The notes under the pieces were generated by a model. The model did not search any database and was not told the DNA's origin. It worked only from the letters and a program-made list of their open reading frames with translations. From contig CM120642.1 in NCBI GenBank assembly GCA_051362555.1, forward strand, positions 19,592,001 to 19,656,000: a stretch of 64,000 nucleotides of DNA, in the 5' to 3' direction. Within the stretch, counting starts at the first letter, position 1, and each line of letters begins with the position of its first letter. Shown here in pieces: positions 52,095 to 64,000 of this stretch. This stretch comes from Lingula anatina (Eukaryota > Animalia > Brachiopoda). Made by a program: the position numbers and the translations under genes.

Positions 52095-54432
52095 TATATA
52101 TTTCCATAATACACAGATTATTCTTTTTTTTTTCTTTTCATTTGTTTACTTTTTGTTACCATTATAAATGAAAGAGTTAAAAAAGGAACATTTACTTTAC
52201 ACCTCCATGTTTGTTTGTTAAATGACAGAATGTGGGGATGTGAAAATTCCTGATTGTACTGATCAAGCTGAGAGGGGTGGGGTATTAAATATTTGTTAAA
52301 TTCCATTAGTAATTGAAAAAGCTTATCACTGTTTTAAAACAGTGAAAAAGTTTTTCAGTTGAATTACCAGGATGGATAGTGTCTAACCTGTAAATTCCAT
52401 ATGTAGTATGGTTTGAATATGTCTGAATACATTACAAAAGAAAGAAACCCCTCCCTCTCCTCTGCCTTTTTTTTCAGCTTTTTGTAAACACAACAAACGT
52501 GGAAAAAGGCATGTAGGAATTGTAAGTGTTCAGTTAATAATTATGTTATTGTCTGTTAATTTAATGGTAGAACGGGAAGGGTATCATCATGGAATAAAAA
52601 ACAACTTATAAATTAAAATTTTGAAATTGTGTTAATTTCTTGTCTCCTTTTTCTTCATGAATAAGGATACGTAGATTAAATTTAATTTAAATATGAAGCA
52701 AAAAATAGTGTCTGATTTTGGAATATATATATATATCCCAAGACGACAATTTTTCCTCTTTTTGGTTGACCGATTACAATAGTTAAAAAGCCCCCTTTCC
52801 CCTCCACCCCGCCACACACACACGCACGCGCGCGTGCGTTTTCACAAAACTATATGACCTCGGTAGCTAATACACGTAGAAAAAAAAACTTCCAAAGGGT
52901 TAATTCAATAGGAAACGCATCTAATTACCACACCGCCTGGCACTGAAATATTGAACTCTGAATGTTTAGCATATTGCGATTGTAAGAAGATCGACCTACT
53001 ACTGGGGCAGACCTTGAGTCAGTATTATATGAATGCGGAAGTGGAGCAATACATGTAGCAGACGGAAAGCGCGGCGACTTGGGTCATTCATTTCACCGGC
53101 AGTCATTTCATAACTAGAGGTAGGTTGACTTCGATGCGTACGGTTAAAGGCCCCGTAGTGCGTTTTCCTCTTGCCGGATATCTAGACTACGAGGTTACAT
53201 AAAATGACGTCAACATATAAAGCATTTACGCAGATCTAGCGTGCACGACATGGTGGCCTAGACAGTAGTTTATCTGAATTTAGGGCAGTAGATGCTCCAA
53301 ATGCAAACATGTATCAGTAGCCTAAGTAGGTATCTCTATCGTCATATAAGCACATGTTACAGAAGTCCAGCTAACTTGGCAGTTCACTGTCAGCAGATTT
53401 TATTAACAGTGCATATGTGTACGATCTTGCCGATATGCTTAAAAATAAAGAAACAGGATCCGTAAATGTAGGTCAGTGAAATAAGCTTCAATTATTCGGC
53501 TGAAAACGCGCGCGGTGTCGTGGTTGCTACCTTCTACTAGAGTCACAGATGAATTTTTCACTAGATTTACATGAATATGTCTCTGGATTATTCATAACAC
53601 GATAGTCTCGTGTAAAACAGGACACATAATTAATCTGCGGCCCTGGTAGTACGTGGTTGCTTTAACATGCGCCGCAGTTTGAATTCAGTATAGGGAAGGG
53701 GGGTGGGGGCATAGGGCTTACATTTCTTTCGGTCTTCCTCCACTTCGCTCGACAAATAGTAATACAAAACAGTAAACGAGAACAGTTAGCTGTGATTAGT
53801 AGCACAAGCAGGACAGGGTGTACGGGCACCAGAATGGAAAACTGCGTACTGTGTACGCCCCTCTACTGGATCAGTCAGTGCAAGGATCACACATGGTTCG
53901 CTTGGAAATATTTTGATTTTATAGAAAAGTATATTCGTAGATAACATAAACAGACTGATTTGATTTGAGAGAGTTACCTCTTCGCATGATGATATTGAAA
54001 ACTCAGTCAAATATTCAGGATGCTTAAGATTGAGAGGCGATCTCAGTGTGTGTTTTTTTTTTAATAAAAATCAAAATTTAAATATAAATTAAAATTTATT
54101 TCAATTTACCCCCCCCCCCCCTTCCAGCCTATCTGTATGTATTAAATTCTCAATCGCCCTTGCGCCCTCCGTCTTCGGGTCTGTTTTATGCATCAGCAGC
54201 CTACATGTATCTTTAACTGTTAGGCTACTTATAATCTCTAGTTAATGAAATACTCCGGGGAACGATTTTAAACTTCGTTACACACACCTGTAAATTAATT
54301 GATGGGTGAACTGACCATCCGACTGGCGATTTCTGTTTCGGTTTATTAGAATGACTTGTGGGCATACTGTATGTAGTGTTTTTTTTATGGACGGGACAAT
54401 TTATGTTCATATTACACAATATAACACAATAC

Positions 54433-54598
54433 AACCCTTAAGAATATATATATCAATAGGAAATCAATAGGAAATCTATTAGACGTCCTACAGGATTCCT
54501 ATCTAAGAAATTTGTCCAATAGGACCCTATAGGATTTCGGTGCAATTTCCTATAGGGCGTCCTGTAGGACCCTATAGAAAATGTCTTAATAGGGATTG
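54433..54598. repeat. Foldback-like element with repeated CCTATAGG/CCTACAGG palindromic motifs
   Basis: Several CCT(A/G)(T/C)AGG and ATAGGAAAT units, bounded by ACAACCCT...AGGGATTGT. Confidence 0.5.
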
Positions 54599-54686
54599 TT
54601 TTAATTTGAGTTTCATAACCAGTATATCACCTCATTAGGGCTTACTCTTTATACTTTCTTTTATTTAGATATTGATATCAAATGAT

Positions 54687-55668
54687 ATGAGTCAGTCTCA
54701 GCAGACATCACAGAGCCAATCCAGTTTAACAAGACCTGAAAAAAGACCAAAACTAGACGAACGAGGAAACGTTGTAAGTAAAACAGACCCCCCCCCCCTC
54801 TCTGTTTGGTGTGACAGCCCCAACCCAACCCTTTTGGTATGAGCCTGGAAATTTTGATTGTTATAATGATAAAATAATCAGCATTTTACTATTTGGTTGG
54901 AACTGTTTTAATGCTCTACCTCTCTCTTCAAAAATTCTCCTTCATGTAGGCCCCTAGTAGGACCTACAGAAAAGTGCAGAGAGAGAGAGAGTCAGAGTAG
55001 GCCTAATATGTAGTTATCCAGTGAAAATGTTTTGATTTGACCCTGATAGAAGATAAATGAAAGTTGTTTCCATAAAACACGATTTGGATGTTACTGAAAC
55101 TGTTATATTTGATAACAGAATCACGATTAACACGTGTGTGGGCGTAAATGCTCTGACAAGAGTTTAAAATCTTTTTCCAGAATGTCTATGCATTTTATAA
55201 TTGCAGGGCATGGAACAATCCAAGTCCACCAGTACAGAAGGCGAAAGTCCGCTCCCAGATTACAACTTGCCGTGCCATATATTAGAAGAAATCGTCCTAA
55301 AACTTTCCGACTTAAAAGACGTTTTGCGTTGTCTGCGCGTCTGCAAAACTTGGAGTCGTATCCTCAACAGAGTCTCGTTTTGGAAGCGGTATGTGCAGAG
55401 TCATTATGATCTAGAGGCTGCCGATGATCCTTCTTCTGACGAGGTTCTTGCCAACTGGCAGGGTGATCGGTTTTTCATCTATTTCGTTGAGGAAGGTAAC
55501 CCCGAGTACTACGTGTTCAAACCGTTTCCAGTGTTGTTGAAGTGTGGCATTATTGTAGGTTCTGGGTTTAAGCTACCAGATGGCGACACAGGCCAGCATT
55601 TTGCGACCCTCACCATCGCTGTTGATAAGCTGCTCACCCTGAAGAAGAAGTGAGTAGTGTCCCCTCTC

Positions 55669-55701
<33 letters not shown>

Positions 55702-57379
55702 AACGCAATTGTTTTTAGTCATAGAACACTGTTTGCTGTCAGGTTTTTATCCAGGAGAAATCATGAAAATCAATTGAAAATAACATTCGATATTGAAAAT
55801 TATACAAAAATTACCTTTGCACAGAATAAGAGAATGAAAATTAAAATGTTGTTTTTTAGATCTGCAAAGTTTGAGTGTAACGTAATGGCATATGGCAACG
55901 AAGGGGACGGCCCCCATGCGATATGGCTTATGCCATGGAATGACAGTGGAATGCCCAGTGGAAAGGAGGTATGGTATTGAAGGAAATTTTTTTCAAATTT
56001 CCAAACAAAATATGTGAGGATCATATAGATTTCCGCCATGCCATTCGGTGGCAACACTTAAAATTACATGCTCAAAATACAAATGGTGTACGCAGATAAC
56101 TCATGTTTGTTAAATTGTAAAATCATTTGTTTACACCATTGAAATCCTTATATAGCTTTTACGAAGCGTGTGAATTGATAACAATAACTGTTTTATATAT
56201 GTTTATATTCTTGTGGAATATGTGAGGCGTTGAATTGTCAATTAATATCTTAAGTAAAATATTTAAAAACACTTCTTTGTAAATGAATTATAATTTGAAT
56301 GTCGTTTTTGTGTGTTTCAGGTTCTGTCTTATTTCAATGTTAACCCGAAGATTGCCGAAACTCTGACATCATCATCAAGAGAAACACTCTCAAAAGGCCA
56401 CCAAACGGGATCGTTTACAACTACTTTTGGTATGTCTTGATAAAGAGTTCTTTTTTTAACAAACAAATATTTTTATTCCTAAAGGTTGTCCCGTACTTCA
56501 CCAGTCTCTCCATTTGTTCAGAGTCTTATTCCTAAAGGTTGTCCCGTACTTCACCAGTCTCTCCATTTGTTCGGAGTCTTATTCCTAAAGGTTGTCCCGT
56601 ACTTCACCAGTCTCTCCATTTGTTCGGAGTCTTATTCCTAAAGGTTGTCCCGTACTTCACCAGTCTCTCCATTTGTTCGGAGTCTTATTCCTAAAGGTTG
56701 TCCCGTACTTCACCAGTCTCTCCATTTGTTCGGAGTCTTATTCCTGAAGGTCGTCCCGTACTGTACCAGTCCTTTCCCATTTGATCGGTGCGTTGATTTC
56801 ATGAATGATTTTATCATATTCATTTTTATTTTAGATGTGGAAAACGAAGACTACGATGATGAGGATGATGAAGATGATGATGATAATGATGATGACGGCG
56901 ATGACGGTGGTTGCGGCAACGTAGAACAACAGCTTGCTGATGATGACGCAAATGAGGAAGAAACCGGTGGGGATGAGGAGAACGAAGAACAAGATGAAGG
57001 CGACAGGGAGGAGGAAAATGTTGAGGAAGAGGAGGAAGATAATGAAGATGAACAAGAAAACATTGATGGCGAGGAGGAAGGTGCAGGTGATGAAGAAAGA
57101 GAAGAAAATGAAGATGGGGAAGAAGAGGAAGAAAAAGAAGATGATGAAAGGGACGAGCAAGAAGAAGAACAAAAAGATAAACCCACCGAAGACAAAAAAA
57201 ACCTAGCACAAGCCAGAAAAGAAAACGAAGCCTTCAAGCATTGGCTCCGTCTCTTATTCCGCCCTTCTCACGTTCTGAGCGCGGGGGAGAACGTCTTTAA
57301 TCCTACCCTATATCTTCACATGACCAGACTTTCTCAGGATTATGTCGGTGGCATCATGTCAACGGTGGTAATGACCTAA
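54687..57379 (+). CDS. F-box protein with long acidic (D/E) tract and putative NuiA-like C-terminal domain, ~430 aa
   Basis: Exons 54687-54773, 55207-55649, 55860-55968, 56321-56429, 56835-57379 (1293 nt, phases 0,2,0,1). Basic PEKRPKL NLS-like motif; F-box LPCHILEEIVLKLSDLKDVLRCLRVCKTWSRILNRVSFWKR; ~115-aa D/E tract; ends GGIMSTVVMT*. Confidence 0.85.
56473..56783 (+). repeat. 53-bp intronic minisatellite, ~5.8 near-identical copies
   Basis: ATTCCTAAAGGTTGTCCCGTACTTCACCAGTCTCTCCATTTGTTCGGAGTCTT at 56475, 56528, 56581, 56634, 56687 and 56740. Confidence 0.95.
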
Positions 57380-58702
57380 ATCTGACACACAATGTCAGAA
57401 CACAAAGTGTCAGGAACTGACTGAGGGAACGAACGAACGACAATGACGTTGACATGTTTGTCTTAGAGCGCGGTTGCTGTCGTACAGCGAGTCAGAAGAA
57501 AGTCGGCGACTTTTGCTCTGTTTTATAGTGTCAGAGAAGGAGAGGGGGTTTTGATAACAGCGTAGCCTACCGTCGACGCAACTCGGAACATTGTAGAACT
57601 GACAGTACTCTTCTAGTCAGCTTGCGGTTTACCAGTCTACTAGTTGTTGGAGGACAGGCGTGTGCGCGTCAGTCTACATATCCGCATACATCTGTGCGCC
57701 AGGGTGATGGTGACTTCTCTTCCTCAGTATCAGTAGGCCTATGTGCTTGAAACCAGCAATTTCAAAACGGGAGTTCTTTTTCAGAGAAAGGACCTGTTCT
57801 CTCCCTTTGTTGATCCAGCTTGGGAAATGGCATAAAACAGAAGTCAAATTATGATTCAGAGCAGAGCCGTTCCGGCCAAAATGGGGGTTCTTTCTATAAC
57901 ACCTCCCATGCTTCCAGGCCTGTGAAGGGTTGCTATCCCATGGAGTGCCATGACACTTGCAGCGACTTTTCTTATAATTACATACCCTTGCTATCACACT
58001 GAGTGCTAATGAAGTAGATGTTATTTTGTTTATATCAACATAAGTTTACTGTCACACTAGGAGTGTACAGGCGATATGTATCCTTATGAACGTTTACTGT
58101 CGGCCTTTCTATTATGGTACTGAGAGCAATTCTTACTTTATATCACACTTCTGTTTTCAAAATGTCACATTATCACAACGATTATCAAGTTGCATATAAA
58201 GTATTCTGTACAAGGAGCGGATTTTGTATTCAAGAGCGATGTCGATAGCCATACGAAAAGAGGATGAAAAAGTGACAACGTTATAGAAATGTTGCTCCAC
58301 GAAGGAGTGAAGAGGCGAATTATGAATATTTATTTGTAGAAATGCGTGGCTTGAAATTATGATATGGAATAGATAGGCCCTGACTTGGTGTAATTCCTTT
58401 GGTCATATCGACATATTTACAGAGTAGGAAGCTTTGTAAAATGGTGCTTAAATAGAACATATATTTGTTAATAAACAAGTTTTTTAATTTTCCAAATATT
58501 AAAACAGACTGTACAAGACTTTCTCATAAAGTTTGGTTCACAGCATGCTATGTTATACTCTCAATGATTATTACACACTGTTGATATTTTAGTTTGAAAA
58601 ACGCTTCTTATAAAGAAAGTCTAAGTTAGTAATACGACTTTGTTAGTTTGGGAATCATATACAGCACGTATTCAAATGAAAAGAGGAGTGAAGCAGCTAA
58701 GA

Positions 58703-58912
58703 CACACCTACTGAAGCTGCTTAACAATAATTAATTATGCCTACCCCTTAGCAGCTTCAGTAGGTGTGGCAGACTTGTAAGCCGCTTAAGTTGATAGCAA
58801 TTTAGCGAGAATCTCCTTGGAGATGGATCTATCCAAAGTTAGTACGATAGGGTCCGGGAATGGCCCCTAATTCATAAGTACGATAGGGTCCGGGAATGGC
58901 CCCTAATTCATA
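58703..58912. repeat. Perfect 19-bp inverted repeat followed by an exact 36-bp tandem duplication
   Basis: CACACCTACTGAAGCTGCT (58703-58721) / AGCAGCTTCAGTAGGTGTG (58750-58768); AGTACGATAGGGTCCGGGAATGGCCCCTAATTCATA twice (58841-58912). Confidence 0.85.
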
Positions 58913-60735
58913 AGCTGGCGGTTAATAGGATCAAGCACAGTGGAGTTCACCCCAGTGTGGGTAGCAATCTAATCATCTCACCTATCGCAATATGTTTAGT
59001 TTGCCTCCGTTATGAAAGTGTTCTAGATTCTGATTGCCTTGACAACATCAATGTTTGTTTGTGAACAATTTCATCAGGACGTAAGTCCAAAACGGTGCAT
59101 GTATTGATACTTTGAGCACCGCAGAACTTTTGTCTAAATTATGCCTGATCCTGAAGGAAGAAATGGTCGACTATACGCATGCGCAACCACTGGATGGATG
59201 TCTAACATTTCATAACATGCTCAAATATTCATTAAAGGCAAAGAGAGCAATGACTGGAGCAAAATAAAGCATGAATCTGGTTTTGATCCTGCTTGGGGCT
59301 TCTTCCAACATACTTTTTGTCAACTTCTACCAATGACACATTTATTTATTTATTTATTTATTTATTTATGTCCCTTTATCGGTAGCCTATGTTGAAGAAA
59401 ATCAAGCTGGGCATAGGATAGGCCTACCAATCGGTAATGAAAAAGCAGATTTTACACAAAGTTATGACATAACAAAGTCTTGTTTTAATTTCAGAACACC
59501 TATGTGTAAAGTCTTAGTGTTTCATTTCATGTAGGCTATAATTTCAATTCCATTGTGAATTATGTTAATTTTCTTTTATTTAGCCCTGCAGTATAGTTTC
59601 AGTGATAAATGTTATTTTAATTCTTTCTTGTTATAACAAGAAACATTTTTAAATATTGAAGTGTTGCGCCAAGCTAACACCTAAAAGAAACAGTTCTACA
59701 TTGTATCCCAGGCACATCATTGTTGACTTTTGTCGTCTGCTCTGTAGGCCTACTTAGTTAAAACCGGAATTTTTATCAAAAAAAAATTATAATCTCTGTA
59801 TTTCTATAACTAGAACAATAATTGTGAGAAAAATAAATAATGAAGCAGATGTCTCAGCTGCCTCGACTATGTTACAAACATGATGATGTCAATGTGCAGC
59901 GTCTATGAAAACGGATTTTTGAAAGTGGTTTTTAGGTCCAAACATTTAAGAAAGAGGAAATCAAACTCTGTATTCCCCAATGAAAATCGACTGTCGTCCT
60001 AAGTAGCATACCCATAATAAATCTAAGAAGCCTCTCCTGCAGCTAATCTACTATTTTAATAGTAAATATTTTGCATTCAACCTAGTTACGGCTATTCGTC
60101 CTCTTCAGCCTTCCATTGATTGACTGGCGTGTATGTTTGTGTGTGCGCGCCCGTGCATGTGTCTATAAGCGAGGGTGGCATGTTGTCTTTTTCGATTAGT
60201 TATCTCAAGGGGGTTTTATCCATTTTTAGAAGAAAATTCGGAACATACACGAAGCATGCAGTTAGCTTTCCAACAATGTATATATGTTCTTTAGTGTGAT
60301 AGTCTATGATATAGTAGCTGTATGGCAACGGTGTGATTTCCAGTCTTTCCAGGGTCAAAGTAAAATCGAGTGATCCAAAATGGTTTCAATCATGATGTAT
60401 CGAATGTCCTTCAGTTCCGCAACAACCACTCCATGCATTATGAAAACTGGTAGACATAAAATGTGTTGCAAGAAAATATAAGTTTTCGGAGTCTGCTAAT
60501 CGGATAGACGGTTGTGCAGTCGACTTTGTGTTATTGGTCCAAAGCGGTTTTACGAACGCTTGGTCCAAAAATCAACGTAATCAAAAACCTAAAACCGGAC
60601 TTCTGATGTAGTGGAGAGTAAAACTATTGCCAAAACGGTCACAATTTGTTCTAAGGGTTAATTCAAAAGAAAGAAGAATGAGAGAACGGCCTTTTGGATT
60701 TTTTGTGACACGCAAGTATTCAGCTTAGATACATA

Positions 60736-60963
60736 CACACAATGGTCAATAGAGGTGTCACCCCCTGAATCAGAGTAATCAAATAATAATCAAGTAATCA
60801 ATAATCAAAGTAGGCAGATCTTGAGTAGTTATAATGCCTGGTCTACATTTGTGTGTGAAATTTGATGTTAATAAAATGATATCAGGAACATATCATTCCA
60901 CAGTCATTTGTCTCCCCCAAAGTATTGGTTCAGTAGGGTGACACTTCTATTGTCCATTGTGTG
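60736..60963. mobile_element. Tc1/mariner-like MITE
   Basis: ~30-bp TIRs CACACAATGGTCAATAGAGGTGTCACCC / GGGTGACACTTCTATTGTCCATTGTGTG. TA on the left flank, imperfect TSD on the right. Confidence 0.65.
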
Positions 60964-61746
60964 TTTAATTATCCGCCTGTACCAAAACCGATTCGACGTT
61001 GAGCCGTTTTTGCAAGAGGTCCTAGCATTCAGCTGACATTTATAAGGCTTATAACAGTCGCTTTCATGTATACTCCCGGGCTGGCTTTCAACAGCGTTCT
61101 TTGAGTTCTTAAGGGCACAACAGTTTGGTGATATAATATATTTAAGTTTTTCATACCTAGACTAACCGTGAAAAAATTACTGAAAAGATAGCACAAGGCA
61201 TTAATGCTTTCCTCCGTCATGTCTTGTGGTCTTTTGGCTCAAAGGCTGAAAATGAAGCAGAGAATGATAAGAGTTTTTAGGGATGAAAACGTTTACGTTC
61301 TTCCGTCTGAATTCGTTACTTTAAACCGATCTGATTATAAGCAAATTGTATGTCTGTTTTTCGCTGTCTTTCTTTATATAATCTTTAGAGCGTTTTGTCA
61401 AAGTTGAATTATAAATTAATGAAGTATGTTTAACTTTTCTGTCAAATGACCAATAAACGAGGAGAAGAAAAGAAGCCACACTCTTTATAGTGAAACATTT
61501 TAGAGGCATTTGTGTACAGTGTAAATTGATATTTTTATCTTAGTATTGTTCACAAAGATAAACGGCAAACAATAAAATTAATGAAATCATTTAAAACAAT
61601 CATGTGTCTGGGAGTATAAGGGTGTGGTCCCGATATTGTGTCCTTAAATAAAAGAAAATCTGTTCATTTGCCAGCACTGTTGTCTAGCACCCACGTACTT
61701 AAATCGATCGATCCAGGTTAGTTTTTTAACGGAGGAGGTAAGCACC

Positions 61747-63240
61747 ATGGAAGTACAGACGTTGGTGTCAGTATTTTTGACGCGGTTCATCCTCCCTGAC
61801 GGGTGCGGAGACGTTTCCCATTCACAAGTGACGAGGCGGGACTTCGTTACGACACGGTCATTGTGTGCTCTGCAGTGTGCGCAAGAACCTTCCTGTCTTG
61901 GCTTTAACTGGCAAAAGAAACCTCTCGACGGCGTCCATTTGTGCGAGTTAGTGAATTCAACATCAGATGAATATGGGGCTTTCTTGTATAAAAATGCGGG
62001 GTTTTCATATGTAGAGAAGGTTTGTTCATGTACTCCCTGCATCATATTTTTCAGTTGGTTCATACATGTACATGCATCATTGTGTATCTTGTTACTTTTT
62101 GAAGGCCAATATTTTTCCAAGCGGAACTTTTTTTCTAAAACAGTTAAGAGTAAATTGCTTATTTACTTACTACAGCTTATTTCAGGGTTCAATCACACAA
62201 GTTTCATTATTTCTTTAAAATCATAATTTTAATCATACATCATACATTTTATATATGCATGTAACATTTCATCAGGATTAATTTTCAATGACATTTTTCA
62301 GTATCAACCCGGTGTTACAACCTGCAGCAAGCGCAAAATTCTAGGTAAATGTTCCTTCTTGCAGTCAATTTTTTAAAACTCTCGTACATTTCGCGTTTTG
62401 TAACGAGAGCATGCGGGTTGCATGGTATGTGCTATGTTATGGTAACAGGTGGAATGGCATTTAGAAAGACAATCTCTGTTCTTTCTTTATTGATCTTTTA
62501 GTCGTTTTAAATAACCTTCATTTGAAATACCTCAGAATCGTTGATACAGGACTAGGTGTGCAAGCTGTCATGTAAGACTAACAAATGGACCACTGATGGA
62601 GTTTAATATCGATATCTGGCTCCTTGCACGGCTTATATTTTTCCACTGTGTGTAAACAGAGATGAGAACAGAACAAACTATATAGAAAAGTACATGTAAA
62701 TAAAAGAATTTTAAAGAATTTTCAATATATAGATTAATTAAATAGACCACATTTGTTCTCTCTGAAAGAAAAGCCCTGATATGCGATGTTTGTTTACCTT
62801 TCATCTCCTTACAAATATTTGAATTTGATAATTGGTGATAAAGTTCCAAACCGCCATCATCTTTGTTTTAGGGAAGGATGTTGACGTTTCTCACTTTATT
62901 TTTTCATTTTTTTTTTTCAGATTGTGTATGCCCAACTGGGTACACTAGATTGGATTGTTCCTGTTATAAAGATAACCCTACAGCATATGCTTTTGACGCT
63001 GCTCGAGAAAATTGTCGCGCAGATTCACCTCTGTCCGATATCGTTTCCATCGACAACGCAGAAGAGGCGCAAAGCCTGAAGCAGCTATTACTGTCATCTG
63101 GTAAATATGGCACTCAAACACCAAAACCGCAAAAAGGCATTTTTTCATATTCTGCACAATCGTAAAAACCACACTTCAAAGTATCAGTTGCGGGTTTAGA
63201 GGGGGTCAGGGGGGTCCTGACCCCCCCCCCCCCCCCCAAC

Positions 63241-63272
<32 letters not shown>

Positions 63273-64000
63273 TCGGTTTCTGAAAATATCACACTAATAA
63301 AAAGTAAAAAAAGTAATCTATCTAGGAACGCTCCGTGTCGGCTTCTAAAATAAGTGCTCCTCTGCACGATAAACTTTAACAACGTTGATGATAATACCAT
63401 GTTTGCAGAGTCTCGATGCGCGGGATGAAATACATATGTACGGCTCACAGCCTACCAACGAGGTCGATTTTGCGGACCCCATTTCAAAAAATCCTGGATC
63501 CACCCCTGAAGTATATAGTGTGGTCACGTTAGAATGTGTGAGGGGTACCCAAATTAATCGCCTTTTGCAATGCTTATCCTTAACTGTCGATGTGAATGCG
63601 CATACAGGTGCCCTCAAAGCCAGTCAATGGAATTGTACTTCGTTTGTATTCTCGCCATAGATCTAATCAGTTTTTGAGAAATATCATATTTTGACGTGAT
63701 TGAGATTGCTGACTTCATATGCGCTTGTTGTAAATGTTGTATTTTATTTAAATGAAATTCATACGTTAAATGTGCAATTCAAAGAAAGAGGAGAAATAGA
63801 GATTCTTATTCTTTTATCTATGTAATTATCCATTTTTTTCAACTTTTCATTTAGAAAGCGGGGATGTCGGTGGGTTTACTTATCTCGACGCTTATGACTT
63901 TGATAGCGACAACCGGAATTACGTCCACTCCAGTAAAGGTAACGCGACTGTGAGTTACACCAACTGGGCGCCCGGTGAGCCAAACAATGCCCAGGAGATC
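61747..64000 (+). CDS. PAN/apple-domain + C-type lectin protein (EPN type); 3' end truncated by the window, 5' end uncertain
   Basis: Exons (61675 or 61747)-62019, 62302-62344, 62921-63100, 63855->64000 (phases 0,1,1). PAN motif RSLCALQCAQEPSCLGFNW...CELVN; CTLD CPTGYTRLDCSCYK...FDAARENC...IVSIDNAEE and YTNWAPGEPNNAQE. Confidence 0.82.

Noticed and set aside
53000-53900. CpG-rich region possibly holding a separate gene or ncRNA
   Set aside because: No credible ORF or RNA fold recognised. It is more likely the promoter or non-coding first exon of the F-box gene, or a TE, but that cannot be shown from sequence alone.
56473-56783. Regular repeats resembling a CRISPR array (also 37496-37693, 46123-46433, 51833-52094)
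   Set aside because: Head-to-tail units with no unique spacers and no cas genes, in a eukaryotic intron or 3' region.
56826-57237. Several long overlapping ORFs (poly-Ser, Phe/Ile-rich, His/Leu-rich, Lys/Met-rich)
   Set aside because: These are alternative-frame and antisense shadows of the GAR/GAY-rich acidic exon of the F-box gene.
61204-61407. ORF with a hydrophobic stretch (IVCLFFAVFLYIIFRAFCQ) as a possible signal-peptide exon of the lectin gene
   Set aside because: I found no convincing in-phase donor joining it to the PAN exon; left unresolved.

Overview
AT-rich, intron-containing animal DNA, most likely from a mollusc or other lophotrochozoan (inferred from gene content and repeat types; not bacterial). 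I assembled six spliced genes by hand from GT-AG sites with consistent phases. (1) + strand: a secreted 4-EF-hand protein of 132 aa. (2) - strand, tail-to-tail with gene 1 and missed by the ORF track: a 172-aa mytimycin/Diedel-like precursor with signal peptide, 12-Cys cationic peptide, GKR site and acidic EF-hand tail. (3) ANAPC5 (-) and (4) GOLGA2/GM130 (+), which share a ~200-bp bidirectional promoter. (5) A 430-aa F-box protein with a long D/E tract, whose flanking segments resemble the bacterial nuclease inhibitor NuiA by eye. (6) A PAN/apple + C-type lectin (EPN) gene that runs off the right edge. Introns and intergenic DNA hold many MITEs (hAT-, Kolobok-, Harbinger- and Tc1-like), Helentron-type elements, a 5'-truncated LINE with a 15-bp TSD, and mini- and microsatellites. 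The top leads are the F-box/NuiA-like protein and the mytimycin/Diedel-EF-hand precursor. All homology calls come from recalled motifs, not from searches.
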